A DNA stretch of 64,000 bases from Niabella sp. 22666 (GTDB lineage: Bacteria; Bacteroidota; Bacteroidia; Chitinophagales; Chitinophagaceae), in NCBI RefSeq assembly GCF_052044285.1, contig NZ_JBQEMT010000001.1. One strand, written 5' to 3'. Position 1 is the first letter of the stretch; every line of letters begins with the position of its first letter. Position numbers and translations under genes: made by a program. The notes beneath the pieces are model-generated. The model saw nothing but the letters and a program-made list of their open reading frames with translations. It was not told the DNA's origin and did no database searches. Positions 47,259-57,546 of this stretch are shown in pieces.

Positions 47259-48266
47259 TTGGGCTTTCAATTTCAATATACCATTTTTGTTTGGCTGTTT
47301 GCAGTGTTGCTCATTTTTGCGCTTCTTTTCTGGGGTGTAAAAAAGTGGAAGAAACGCATCGTAAAAAATATAGGCAATCCATCGCTGGTGAAGTCGTTAA
47401 TACACCGGTACAGCCCGAAACGTTTTACATTAAAATTCTTGTTGGTTTGCGTCGCTTTTGCCATGGGTGTGCTGGCGGTAATGAACCTGCGCAAACCAGG
47501 GGGTAACGATGGCGTTACCCGAAAAGGCATTGACATCGTTTTTGCCCTGGATGTAAGCCGTAGTATGCTTGCGGAAGACATTGAGCCCAACAGGCTCGAA
47601 CGCGCCAAGCAATTTATCAGCAAAATGATGGATGCGATGCCTGACAGCCGGGTAGGCCTGATTTTATTTGCAGGAAAGGCTTATGTACAAATGCCACTGA
47701 GTGCAGATCATGGAGCTGCTCAAATGTTTGTAAACGAAGCCTCGCCTGATGCGGTACCCATGAAAGGCACTGTAATCAGCGATGCCTTGCAGGAAAGCCT
47801 GAAAGCCTTTGGCGACAGAGATGCTAAATACCGGACTGTTGTTTTAATTTCTGATGGGGAAGATCACGATGAAGAAGCCATTGATCTGTCAAAAGAGCTA
47901 TCCAAACGCGGCTTGATGGTTAATACAGTAGGTATTGGTTCCCCTACAGGTAGTTTTATTCCTGACGACTCTACCAAAGGTCATAAAATTGATGAAGAAA
48001 CGGGTGTTGAAATTGTATCCAAACTCAATGAACAGGAGTTAAAACAAATTGCGGCAAATACCAGTGGCGTATATGTTCATTTGGAAAATAGCGATGCTGC
48101 TGTTAAGCAGATTTCGGCGAACCTCGCGCAGATAGACAAAAAAGTAACCGGCGACACCAGTCTTATGAGCTTCTCTTACTATTTCTGGGTATTTGTAGCT
48201 GTTATGATTGTATTGTTGATTGGGGAACAATTATTGCCGGAAGGAAGAAAGCCTGCGGCCAGGTAA
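47259..48266 (+). CDS. VWA domain-containing protein (BatA-like aerotolerance protein)
   Basis: N-terminal and C-terminal TM helices with a VWA MIDAS motif (DIVFALDVSRSM). Confidence 0.75.
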   Translation: MGFQFQYTIFVWLFAVLLIFALLFWGVKKWKKRIVKNIGNPSLVKSLIHRYSPKRFTLKFLLVCVAFAMGVLAVMNLRKPGGNDGVTRKGIDIVFALDVSRSMLAEDIEPNRLERAKQFISKMMDAMPDSRVGLILFAGKAYVQMPLSADHGAAQMFVNEASPDAVPMKGTVISDALQESLKAFGDRDAKYRTVVLISDGEDHDEEAIDLSKELSKRGLMVNTVGIGSPTGSFIPDDSTKGHKIDEETGVEIVSKLNEQELKQIAANTSGVYVHLENSDAAVKQISANLAQIDKKVTGDTSLMSFSYYFWVFVAVMIVLLIGEQLLPEGRKPAAR

Positions 48267-48299
48267 GTGCTGCAGCCCTGTGCATTAATAGAAATAAAC

Positions 48300-48896
48300 A
48301 TGCGAAGAGCTATTTTATCTATATCATTTTTTATTGTTGTTTTGTCGTGCAAAGCTCAAAATCAGCAAAGCTTTATTAAGGAGGGGAACGATTTCTTTAA
48401 AAAAGGGCAGCTTGCAGAAGCTGTAGCCAGTTACAACAAAGTAACCGAAGAACCGTACAAATACACTGCCCTTTTAAATAAAGGCACTGCGTTGTATAAA
48501 CAGAAAAAGATGGATGAGGCATTAAAAGCTTACAACCAGGTTAGCGTATCGCCCAACGCCACCAATTTATTAAAGTCGGGCGCACACTATAATGCAGGAG
48601 TAGTTTACAGTAATCAAAATAAGGTGGAAGAAAGCATTGAAGCCTATAAAAAAGCGCTTCGTTTAAACAGCCAGGACAACAATGCCAGGGAAAATTTACA
48701 AAAAGCTTTATCAGAATTGAAGAAAAGCGGTGGCGGAGGCGGTAGCGACCAAAAGCCCCAGCAATCTCCATCCAAACTTAACAAAAGCCAGGCGCAGCAA
48801 CAATTAGACAGGCTGGAACAAAAAGAAAAAAATACACAGAGTAAGGTCTCCAACAAAAAAACACAATTTGGAGGCAGTGTCGGAAAGGACTGGTAA
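48300..48896 (+). CDS. Tetratricopeptide-repeat protein (BatC-like)
   Basis: Signal peptide from MRRAILSISFFIVVLSC, TPR units, and a C-terminal low-complexity KKSGGGGGSDQKPQQ...QQQLDRLEQKEK region. The start is taken at Met12 of the ORF. Confidence 0.55.
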   Translation: MRRAILSISFFIVVLSCKAQNQQSFIKEGNDFFKKGQLAEAVASYNKVTEEPYKYTALLNKGTALYKQKKMDEALKAYNQVSVSPNATNLLKSGAHYNAGVVYSNQNKVEESIEAYKKALRLNSQDNNARENLQKALSELKKSGGGGGSDQKPQQSPSKLNKSQAQQQLDRLEQKEKNTQSKVSNKKTQFGGSVGKDW

Positions 48897-48946
48897 CGAA
48901 AAAGAGTGCTTGCAGGCACTCTTTTTACTTCATATAAAATAATCTC

Positions 48947-49387
48947 TTATTGTACGGGAGGTTTAACCGCCTGCCGGGCCAGTAATACCCATTTAGTGCC
49001 CTGCTTTTGCCAAACGGTCATTACTTTTAAAGTAACATGCCCAGGTTTGTTGTTATCATTAGTATCTGCATCAAAGAGATGTCTTACAATTGCTGTGGTT
49101 CCGGCAATATCTATTGTTTGATCTGTAATATTGATCTTTACAAAATCTGATGCGCCGGTTTTAAAGGTTTGAAGGAACTGCTCTTTAGTCTCTATTTTTC
49201 CGCTGGAGTGCCCATAAGTTAATTTGGGCACGGTGAGATTGCTAAGAGTTTTAAGATCGCTATCTTCTAATGCTTTAACAAACTGGGTTACGGTTTTCTG
49301 AACCTGTTCCTCGTAGCTGCGCTGTGCCTGGGCAGTTATACAAAAAGCCAATGCGGCTACTAAAAAGATATGCTTCATTTTGTTCAT
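48947..49387 (-). CDS. Nuclear transport factor 2-like (DUF4440/SnoaL-like) secreted protein
   Basis: Signal peptide plus an NTF2-like fold signature (..KQGTKWVLLARQ..). Confidence 0.55.
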   Translation of the reverse strand: MNKMKHIFLVAALAFCITAQAQRSYEEQVQKTVTQFVKALEDSDLKTLSNLTVPKLTYGHSSGKIETKEQFLQTFKTGASDFVKINITDQTIDIAGTTAIVRHLFDADTNDNNKPGHVTLKVMTVWQKQGTKWVLLARQAVKPPVQ

Positions 49388-49411
49388 TTTAATGATTCAA
49401 TCAGTGCTCTG

Positions 49412-50071
49412 TTACCAACGGGCAACCTCCGTGATGCCACCTACGGCAATATCGCCAATCTTTACTTTTATATCTGCATCAAGGGGGAGCAATAAATCTA
49501 CCCGGGAACCAAATTTAATGAATCCCATTTCCCCCGCCTGTTCTACCTTGTTCCCCACCGACAGATAGTTTACAATACGTTTGGCTAATGCACCCGCTAT
49601 TTGCTTGGTTAATACTTCTTTTCCGTTTGCAGCCCTAAACACATTAGAATGTCGTTCATTCTCTGTAGAAGATTTGGGATGCCAGGCCACCAGGTACTTT
49701 CCTTTATGATACTGATTATATACCACTTCACCACTTACGGGATTACGATTTACGTGTACATTTAAAGGGCTCATGAATATAGACACCTGTATCCTTCTAT
49801 CTTTAAAATACTCATCAGCTTCTACTTCTTCAATTACTACTACCTTGCCATCGCAGGGCGCCAAAACAGTGTCTGTACCTAAAGTATAGCTTCTGTTGGG
49901 TATCCTGAAAAAAGATACCACCAATACCAGCAGTACAAAAGTCACCAATAACAATAAGTAGAAAATAGCCGGGTAAGCAAGAAAAAGATATTTGTAACTA
50001 ATAAAATTGATTAATAGAAATAAAATAACTGCAATGGCAATAGAGCCTTTTCCCTCACGATGAAGCGTCAT
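49412..50071 (-). CDS. psd: Phosphatidylserine decarboxylase family protein
   Basis: Small bacterial PSD with C-terminal FGSRV, a variant of the LGST self-cleavage motif. Confidence 0.8.
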   Translation of the reverse strand: MTLHREGKGSIAIAVILFLLINFISYKYLFLAYPAIFYLLLLVTFVLLVLVVSFFRIPNRSYTLGTDTVLAPCDGKVVVIEEVEADEYFKDRRIQVSIFMSPLNVHVNRNPVSGEVVYNQYHKGKYLVAWHPKSSTENERHSNVFRAANGKEVLTKQIAGALAKRIVNYLSVGNKVEQAGEMGFIKFGSRVDLLLPLDADIKVKIGDIAVGGITEVARW

Positions 50072-50197
50072 GTACGATTGTTTTTTTGTGCTGCGAAATT
50101 ACAGCTTATTGCCTAAAAAGATGGCCACAGGCGCACAAATTAAAGTATTTGTACACCCGCAGCCTTTAGAAAGAAGAAGAAAAAGTTGTAATTTTTT

Positions 50198-51031
50198 TTA
50201 TTGTTCTAATACCTGGAAAGTAATGGGTTGTTTGCGATAAGCTTTTACTTCCTTACCATTCTGTATAGCTGGCTTCCATTTGCCCGATTTTTTGATAACC
50301 CGCATGGCTTCCTGTTCCATACCATGACCAAAACTGGTAAGGGGTTTAATATCGCTGACATTACCACCGGCATCTACTATAAACTGAATAATTACCGTAT
50401 AGATTCCCGGCGCAGCCCCATTATCTACAGGTACTTCACCCACCAGGTTACGTTCTAAAAATCGTTTCCAGTCGCCCATATATGAAGCGTCAATTTCAAC
50501 TTTGATGAAAGTTTTGTCTGCATCGAAATCATCTTTTACCCTTTCTACCCTAAGCCCCTTTCCGTCCCCATCTGATGGTGGCGTTACAATAATCCCCAAA
50601 TCCTTCACTCCTTCCTGGGATATATTACTAATCCGTGTGTCGTCAAGTTGCTCCTGAGTAGGCGGAGGATCCACAATATCTTTATCTGTAATAACCGGTG
50701 TAGTAAAAGCAATCGTCTGTATTTTAGGCACTTCTACTTTAGGTGCAGGTGGTGGTGGCGGTGGTTCCGGAATTTCTTCTTCAATTGGTTTAATTTCTGA
50801 TATCGTAAGCTCGGGGCTTATTTTTACTATATTCTCATCTACAGTTTTGGCAAACGTATTGGTCAGCCATGCTCCTCCCCCAATGGCAATACAAATACCC
50901 GCCGTTACTAAGAGTGCCTTTGTCATGCGCTGGTGATAATTTCTGCGAAGCTCATAGGCTCCGTAATTTTTGTTTCTTCCATCAAAAACGATGTCGAGCA
51001 TATCTGCCCGTAAAATAGCTGCTGTTTCCAT
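50198..51031 (-). CDS. Energy transducer TonB
   Basis: An N-terminal TM helix, a Pro-rich spacer (PEPPPPPPAPKVEVP) and a C-terminal TonB domain. Confidence 0.8.
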   Translation of the reverse strand: METAAILRADMLDIVFDGRNKNYGAYELRRNYHQRMTKALLVTAGICIAIGGGAWLTNTFAKTVDENIVKISPELTISEIKPIEEEIPEPPPPPPAPKVEVPKIQTIAFTTPVITDKDIVDPPPTQEQLDDTRISNISQEGVKDLGIIVTPPSDGDGKGLRVERVKDDFDADKTFIKVEIDASYMGDWKRFLERNLVGEVPVDNGAAPGIYTVIIQFIVDAGGNVSDIKPLTSFGHGMEQEAMRVIKKSGKWKPAIQNGKEVKAYRKQPITFQVLEQ

Positions 51032-51149
51032 AATTGTTTATTTAAAATTGTGATTTGAATGTTTTGCTACGTGTCCATGCGCCCGTTATTTGCATACCTC
51101 TCCCATTACCCAACCGGGTTTACTTTTTTAAGAAAGTTTAGCGCCTGGA

Positions 51150-51734
51150 TTACTTTGTAGATTGAAGTAGCGTAAGATCTCTTGCGTCAGGTTCTGTTAA
51201 AACATAGCGGGCAATTTTGTTAATCGTCATCTCATCCAGCATGGCAACAATGGCCTTATAACTGGCATCTTTAGTTGGTTTGATCATAACGGTCAGCGCT
51301 TTTTGCCGGCAGTCGTCGATAGTAGTTTGGTTAGCAACGGCCTTTTCTTCGCAAGCCTTATCCGGCTTATAGTTTTTGATCACTTCCTGCTTTTTACGGA
51401 TCAGCTCTTTGCGTATTTCCGAAAGCGAGCTTTTTTTTATCTCTACGTTACTGTTGTCTGGCTGGCCTTCGTAATAATAAATACCAGCATCTTTATCCAG
51501 GAGTATAGTAAATGCCCCCGATTCAGCAGTTGTTGTTTCAGGACCATCTTCAGGCATAAACAGGTCCATGGCTTTGGGCTCATTCATCGATGAGGTGAAA
51601 ATGAAAAAGGTAATAAGTAAAAATCCCAGGTCCACCATAGGTGTCATGTCTATTCTTAATGATAGTCTTTTTTGTTTCCTGGCAAAGCCACGCTGTACAC
51701 GGCTTTGGCTTTGGTTTGTTTCTATGTTTGCCAT
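51150..51734 (-). CDS. exbD: Biopolymer transporter ExbD/TolR (long form, 194 aa)
   Basis: RIDMTPMVDLGFLLITFFIF signature. No exbB gene is adjacent. Confidence 0.75.
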   Translation of the reverse strand: MANIETNQSQSRVQRGFARKQKRLSLRIDMTPMVDLGFLLITFFIFTSSMNEPKAMDLFMPEDGPETTTAESGAFTILLDKDAGIYYYEGQPDNSNVEIKKSSLSEIRKELIRKKQEVIKNYKPDKACEEKAVANQTTIDDCRQKALTVMIKPTKDASYKAIVAMLDEMTINKIARYVLTEPDARDLTLLQSTK

Positions 51735-51821
51735 AGTTGTGCTTTTGTTAATAAGATACAGATCGTAATTTTTTCCATAAACATTTTTAGTTCAATGATG
51801 TTAGCCGGCAAATAAAAAACC

Positions 51822-51860
51822 TCACAGGCGAAGCCTGCGAGGTCTACGATCATTGCTGGA
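51822..51860 (-). terminator. Rho-independent terminator after the M1 peptidase gene
   Basis: The minus strand reads cctcgcaggc-ttcg-cctgtgagg followed by ttttttattt. Confidence 0.6.
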
Positions 51861-51885
51861 ATCAGCTCCTTTATATACTAAAGAA

Positions 51886-53820
51886 CTACTTTTTCAACCA
51901 GGTATTATTAACACGGTTCCAATCGGGAAGCTGGTTATCCGGGTCTATTTTCACTTCCTTCAATTCGCTGGTAGTAGGTACAGTAAATGTGTACGAACTT
52001 CCGCGCTGCCAGATCTCAACCGGTAGTTTTATTGTTTGTTGCTTGCCGTTTGTTTCTGTAACCAGTATTTTAACCGGCATAGGCATCTGCTCCAGGTTTT
52101 CGATGGTAATAGCTGCGCCATTAGCCGGTAAATTATCCCGGTAGGTTACACCCTTAACGGCCTGGTCAATCTTCCAGGTATTGAATACCCAGCCTCTCCA
52201 AAACCAGGAAAGATCTTCACCTGCCACATTTTCCATAGTATGAAAAAAGTCCCAGGGAGACGGATGTTTAAACGCCCAGCGATTGATATATTCTTTAAAA
52301 GCTATATCAAACCGCTCTGCACCTAAAACATTGTCCCGTAGTGCATGCAGCATTTGCGAAGGTTTGTAGTAAGCCGTTACACCCAGGCTTCTCTGTTGCA
52401 CCGCATCGGGTATGGTATATAATCCATCTACGTTTTCGCTAAACGAGCCCCTGCCTTCATCACCGTTTGATGGCGTATGAAACTCTCCTTTATTAAAAGC
52501 CTCTGTAGAGAAATCATTAATAAAAGTATTGAATCCCTCATCCATCCAGGCGTATTTTCTTTCATTGCTGCCTACAATCATAGGAAACCAGCTATGGCCG
52601 AATTCGTGATCTGTTACACCCCAAAGCCCGGCACCTTTTGCCCGGTATCCACAAAATACAATGCCCGGATACTCCATGCCGCCAACAATGCCCGCCACGT
52701 TGGTTGCGGCCGGATAAGGAAACTCAAACCACTTATGAGAGTAATGTTCTATGGAGGCTTTGGTAAATTCGGTACTGCGCTGCCACCCGTTGGTACCGAT
52801 CGACTCTACCGGATAAGCGCTTAACGCTACACATTTTTTGCCGCTGGGTAAATTTATTTTGGCTCCATCAAAAACAAAAGCTTTGGAAGCCGCCCAGGCT
52901 GCATCTCTTGTATTCTGAATTTTAAACTTCCAGGTATTCGTTTTCTTAGCCGTTTTGATACCCGCATTCACTTCATCAGCACTACGGATCGTTACAGTTT
53001 TTTCACTGGTTTTGGCGTTCGCATACCGGGTGGCCTCAGCAGGAGAAAGACATTCGGAAGGATTTAATAATTCCCCTGATCCAACAATAATCATGTCGGC
53101 AGGAGCAGTTACTGCAAAGTCGATATCTCCATACTCCAGGTAAAACTCACCCTGCCCTACATAAGGTAGTACATTCCACCCCTGAAGGTCATCGTATACA
53201 CACATACGTGGAAACCATTGCGCTATTTCATATACCCAGCCGTTTTTTGTTTGCAGGCGCCCCATGCGATCCGTTCCATATATAGGAACTTCAAAAGACC
53301 AGTCTATAACCAGCTTAACCTTGCCCGCATTTTTTAGCGATTCCTGTAGCCATACCTGCATACGGGTATCTGTAATCGTAAACTTCGGCGTGTATTTCTT
53401 CCCGTTTACCTCAATGGCAACTGACTTAATCACCTGGCCCTGTGTAAACCCGGTATTAGCCCATCGCCCGCCGGAAGCAGTGGTAGTTGCTGACCCACGG
53501 GAATCTTTACGATAAATATTCTGGTCTAATTGTAACCATAAAAATTTAAGGTTATCCGGACTGTTGTTTGTATACACCAACTCCTGCGATCCTGTAACAG
53601 TATGGTTCGCGGTGTCGATAGAGCAATTGATTTTATAATCTGCCCTGTTCTGCCAGTACTTCACACCCGGCTCGCCGGATGCGCTACGGTATTCATTTCC
53701 AGGATAAGGGTAAAACTGTGGGTTAAATGCTTCTTTAGCATTGTATACCGATGTTGTTTGAGAGAAAGCCGGAGTGACCAGCAAAGCCAACACAAAAGAA
53801 TAAAGGAATTGATGTCTCAT
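51886..53820 (-). CDS. Secreted M1-family zinc metallopeptidase (aminopeptidase N-like)
   Basis: Signal peptide, a GxMEN-like GGMEYP motif, HEFGHSWF (HExxH) and WMDEGFNTF as the third zinc-ligand Glu. Confidence 0.75.
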   Translation of the reverse strand: MRHQFLYSFVLALLVTPAFSQTTSVYNAKEAFNPQFYPYPGNEYRSASGEPGVKYWQNRADYKINCSIDTANHTVTGSQELVYTNNSPDNLKFLWLQLDQNIYRKDSRGSATTTASGGRWANTGFTQGQVIKSVAIEVNGKKYTPKFTITDTRMQVWLQESLKNAGKVKLVIDWSFEVPIYGTDRMGRLQTKNGWVYEIAQWFPRMCVYDDLQGWNVLPYVGQGEFYLEYGDIDFAVTAPADMIIVGSGELLNPSECLSPAEATRYANAKTSEKTVTIRSADEVNAGIKTAKKTNTWKFKIQNTRDAAWAASKAFVFDGAKINLPSGKKCVALSAYPVESIGTNGWQRSTEFTKASIEHYSHKWFEFPYPAATNVAGIVGGMEYPGIVFCGYRAKGAGLWGVTDHEFGHSWFPMIVGSNERKYAWMDEGFNTFINDFSTEAFNKGEFHTPSNGDEGRGSFSENVDGLYTIPDAVQQRSLGVTAYYKPSQMLHALRDNVLGAERFDIAFKEYINRWAFKHPSPWDFFHTMENVAGEDLSWFWRGWVFNTWKIDQAVKGVTYRDNLPANGAAITIENLEQMPMPVKILVTETNGKQQTIKLPVEIWQRGSSYTFTVPTTSELKEVKIDPDNQLPDWNRVNNTWLKK

Positions 53821-53932
53821 GCAAAAATTTTAAACGCTGAATTTAATACAATTTTTGCGTGCAGATCGTTAACAGAAGTAAAATGTGATAAACGGTAGTT
53901 TAGATTATCAAGATCAGCGATTAGCCAACTGC

Positions 53933-54436
53933 CTAAAACGCCAAGGACAGTTTGGTTTCAGGATAAACCAGCTTGGCGCTTTTACGATTTCCTTTATAAA
54001 TAAAATGCACAATATTCACCTGGTCGTCAAACAGATCATACAGTACTTTATTCTCGACCATAATGCTTTTAATATTAAACGCCGGGGCTTCAGCAATGGC
54101 ATATACATACACTGCCTCATGGTCGATTTCCCAGTCATAGAGTTGGAGAGGCAATATCTTATCACCCGTCTTTAATGTAAGGTGCGTAGTAATATACTTA
54201 TTTACCAACACCGTCATCTGTGTTTTCAGTTTAGGATTGGAAAGATCCGTCTTTTGTTTGTATACCTTCGCCAATACAGTCTCGAAATCGTCAGTAAAAA
54301 TTTTTGTGCTGATCTCCACCCTTTTGCTTTTTGCATCGTACTCCATTTCAGTAGCACTTACATGATAGGGATGTACATTTGCATTGAACAAAAAAAAGCC
54401 CAACAACCATTTATTGAGTAATAATACCACCGACAT
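53933..54436 (-). CDS. Hypothetical secreted protein (DUF6702-like; usual neighbour of HupE/UreJ in Bacteroidota)
   Basis: N-terminal hydrophobic segment and an HPYHVS motif. The family call is from memory. Confidence 0.35.
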   Translation of the reverse strand: MSVVLLLNKWLLGFFLFNANVHPYHVSATEMEYDAKSKRVEISTKIFTDDFETVLAKVYKQKTDLSNPKLKTQMTVLVNKYITTHLTLKTGDKILPLQLYDWEIDHEAVYVYAIAEAPAFNIKSIMVENKVLYDLFDDQVNIVHFIYKGNRKSAKLVYPETKLSLAF

Positions 54437-54508
54437 ATTTTGCGAAAATAGTATTAAGACAAAACTTTAGCTTTAGAAGTTGTACAGGTGCATGAGAAAT
54501 GACGGTTT

Positions 54509-55084
54509 ATGAACGATTTTAGTTTTTATTTTATTGAGGGATGGAGGCATATCATTAGTACTGATGCGCTGGACCATCAACTATTTATTCTTGCATTAGC
54601 TGTTGTGTATACCTTCAGCGACTGGAAGAAAGTGTTGATCCTGGTAACCGCATTTACGATAGGTCATTCATTAACTTTGGCGCTAAGCGTGTTAGATCTG
54701 ATCAGGGTTTCGTCGCCCTGGGTAGAGTTTTTAATTCCGGTAACTATTGTATTAACCGCTGCATGGAACATTTTTAATGGCAAACCGGTTAAAAATGTGA
54801 ATACCAATTATTTTCTGGCCCTGGGTTTTGGTTTGATACATGGATTGGGATTTGCCAATTCCATACGTATGATGTTGGCCAGCGACCAGTCTTTGGGCAT
54901 GGGTCTGTTTGGTTTTAATGTTGGACTGGAAGCGGGCCAGGTGGCAGTAGTGCTCATCATCCTTTTATTGGGCAAAGTTTTACTGGAGCTGGTAAAAGTT
55001 CCTCAAAGAATTTATATATTCGTAGTATCACTGGCTGTTTTATTATTTGCAGCCAAAATGGCTATAGATAGAGTTCCTTTTTGA
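54509..55084 (+). CDS. HupE/UreJ family metal transporter
   Basis: 191 aa, 6 TM helices, with HSLTLALS and IHGLGFANS motifs. Confidence 0.7.
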   Translation: MNDFSFYFIEGWRHIISTDALDHQLFILALAVVYTFSDWKKVLILVTAFTIGHSLTLALSVLDLIRVSSPWVEFLIPVTIVLTAAWNIFNGKPVKNVNTNYFLALGFGLIHGLGFANSIRMMLASDQSLGMGLFGFNVGLEAGQVAVVLIILLLGKVLLELVKVPQRIYIFVVSLAVLLFAAKMAIDRVPF

Positions 55085-55176
55085 TTTTGTATCAAAATAT
55101 ATCGTGCAACTATTTTCTGCACCTCATATTAACTTGTGACGCATAAGTTGGTTTAAAAGATCTGTAATAAAAAAGT

Positions 55177-57546
55177 ATGTCAAAGCTATCATGTATCATC
55201 GCTGGTCTCGCGTTTTGTATAACCGCAGCGGCGCAGGATATTCAAAACAATCCAACCAGTAATCACGGCAATAAATTTGAGCAGTTGGGCACCATTTTAC
55301 CCACTCCCAACGAATACCGAACGGCAAGCGGCGCCCCAGGTCCAAAATACTGGCAGCAACGTTGCGACTATACCATAAAATGCGAGCTGGATGAGGCTAA
55401 TAATATCCTGACAGGTAGTGAAACCCTGAATTATTTCAATAACTCCCCTGATCAGCTCACTTATATCTGGTTCCAGTTAGACGAGAATGAGCATAGCAAT
55501 ATCAACAATGCCAATTATCAAACATCCTCTCGTATGCCGCAGGTGATGACTGATAACATGCTGGCAACACAGGAGGAAGATGCAGCAAAGACAGATAATG
55601 GCTATGGCGTAAAAATAAAAAAGCTCACCGACCTGAATGGCGCGGCACTAAAATATACCATTAATAAAACCATGATGCGGGTAGACCTGCCTACTCCTTT
55701 AAAGCCAGGTCAGAAATATATCATCAAAATTGACTGGTCTTACAAAATTAGTGACCGGATGAAATACGGCGGTCGAGGTGGCTATGAGCATTTTGCAGAA
55801 GATGGTAATAACCTGTATACCATGGCGCAGTGGTTTCCCAGGGTTTGTGTGTACAGCGACTTCCAGGGCTGGCAAAATCATCAATTTACAGGACGTGGAG
55901 AATTTGCCCTGACTTTTGGAAATTATGATGTGCAAATTACGGTTCCTGCCGATCATATAGTAGGCGCTACCGGTGAGTGCCAGAACTATGCACAGGTGCT
56001 GACTGCCGCGCAGCTGGGGCGTTATAACCAGGCCCGCAATGCAAAAGAACCTGTAGAAATTGTGACCCTTGCCGAAGCCACTACAGCAGAAAAAAACAAG
56101 AGTGCTCAAAAAAAAACCTGGTCTTTCAAGGCTGATAATGTGAGAGATTTTGCCTGGACGGCATCCAGGAAATTTGTATGGGACGCCATGCCTCAACTGA
56201 TCAACGGGAAAAAAATAATGTGCATGAGCTTCTACGGCAAGGAGGCTTATCCACTTTATAGAAAATTCTCCACCCGTGCAGTAGCACATACCATCAAAAC
56301 ATATTCTGATTTCACCTTCCCTTATCCTTACCCGGTAGCGCAAAGTGTAGAGGCTGCAAACGGTATGGAATATCCAATGATCTGCTTTAACTACGGCCGT
56401 GCAGAAAAAGACGGCACCTACAGCGAGAGTGTGAAAAATGGTATGCTGGGCGTGGTCATACACGAGGTAGGTCATAACTTTTTCCCGATGATCGTTAACA
56501 GTGATGAGCGCCAGTGGACATGGATGGATGAAGGACTGAATAGCTTTGTTGAATACCTTACAGAAGAGCTATGGGATAACAAATTTCCAACTAAGAAAGG
56601 GTGGGCAGGCGCTATTGTAGATTACATGAAGTTACCAAAAGAACAATTGGAGCCCGTGATGAGCAATTCTGAAAACATTATCGGGTTTGGCCCGAATGCT
56701 TACACCAAGCCGGCTACCGCATTAAACATCCTCCGCGAAACGGTAATGGGACGCGAACTGTTTGATTTTTCTTTTAAAGAATACGCGCGCCGCTGGGCTT
56801 TTAAACATCCTACTCCAGCCGATTTATTCCGCACGATGGAAGACGCGAGCGGCGAGGACCTCGACTGGTTCTGGCGTGGGTGGTTTTATGGTATTCAGCC
56901 CGTAGACATTTCGCTGGATACGGTAAAATATGCAAAAGCAGATTTAAACAGCGAATTGCCCCAAGGCCGCTCTAGTCAGAAAAAAGTGGATGGACCAGTA
57001 ACGAACCCTTATGATGATATTTCTAAGATCCGCAACCGGGAAGATAAAAATATTAAGTTCTATACGGATCTGAATCCGGAAGCAAGAGATTTTTACTGGC
57101 AATATGCAAGAGGGCAGGTAAAAGTAGATACTGCACAAACCTTTACGGTAGAAATGCCGATGACCGTAACCGCATTAACGCCCCAGGCCAAAGAAAAATT
57201 TGCCAACAGTTATTTTTATGAATTGAGTTTCTCCAACAAAGGCGGGTTGGTTATGCCCATTATTATTGAATGGACTTATAAAGATGGCAGCAAAGAGATC
57301 GATCGTATTCCGGCCCAGATATGGCGCTACAATGAACAGAACGTAAAAAAATTCTTTGTAAAGAATAAAGAAGTAGCTTCAATACAGTTAGACCCGCTCA
57401 AAGAAACCGCTGATATTGATGTAACCAATAATGTATGGGGCACCATGCCGGCCCCTACCAGGTTTAAAGCATTTTCGCAAAAGACAGATGGAGGTCCGCG
57501 CCGTGGCCAGAGTGTAGGCAAGAACCCGATGCAGGCAGCGATGTAG
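55177..57546 (+). CDS. Secreted M1-family zinc metallopeptidase, a paralog of the 51886-53820 gene
   Basis: Signal peptide, NGMEYPMICF, VIHEVGHNFF (HExxH) and WMDEGLNSF. Confidence 0.75.
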   Translation: MSKLSCIIAGLAFCITAAAQDIQNNPTSNHGNKFEQLGTILPTPNEYRTASGAPGPKYWQQRCDYTIKCELDEANNILTGSETLNYFNNSPDQLTYIWFQLDENEHSNINNANYQTSSRMPQVMTDNMLATQEEDAAKTDNGYGVKIKKLTDLNGAALKYTINKTMMRVDLPTPLKPGQKYIIKIDWSYKISDRMKYGGRGGYEHFAEDGNNLYTMAQWFPRVCVYSDFQGWQNHQFTGRGEFALTFGNYDVQITVPADHIVGATGECQNYAQVLTAAQLGRYNQARNAKEPVEIVTLAEATTAEKNKSAQKKTWSFKADNVRDFAWTASRKFVWDAMPQLINGKKIMCMSFYGKEAYPLYRKFSTRAVAHTIKTYSDFTFPYPYPVAQSVEAANGMEYPMICFNYGRAEKDGTYSESVKNGMLGVVIHEVGHNFFPMIVNSDERQWTWMDEGLNSFVEYLTEELWDNKFPTKKGWAGAIVDYMKLPKEQLEPVMSNSENIIGFGPNAYTKPATALNILRETVMGRELFDFSFKEYARRWAFKHPTPADLFRTMEDASGEDLDWFWRGWFYGIQPVDISLDTVKYAKADLNSELPQGRSSQKKVDGPVTNPYDDISKIRNREDKNIKFYTDLNPEARDFYWQYARGQVKVDTAQTFTVEMPMTVTALTPQAKEKFANSYFYELSFSNKGGLVMPIIIEWTYKDGSKEIDRIPAQIWRYNEQNVKKFFVKNKEVASIQLDPLKETADIDVTNNVWGTMPAPTRFKAFSQKTDGGPRRGQSVGKNPMQAAM

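Noticed and set aside
47213-47623. ORFs overlapping the batA 5' region on both strands
   Set aside because: They are alternative frames of a gene with clear VWA and TM features.
55699-56475. A 258-aa antisense ORF inside the second M1 peptidase gene
   Set aside because: It lies within a confidently assigned CDS on the opposite strand (which has HExxH and GxMEN motifs) and has no family signature.
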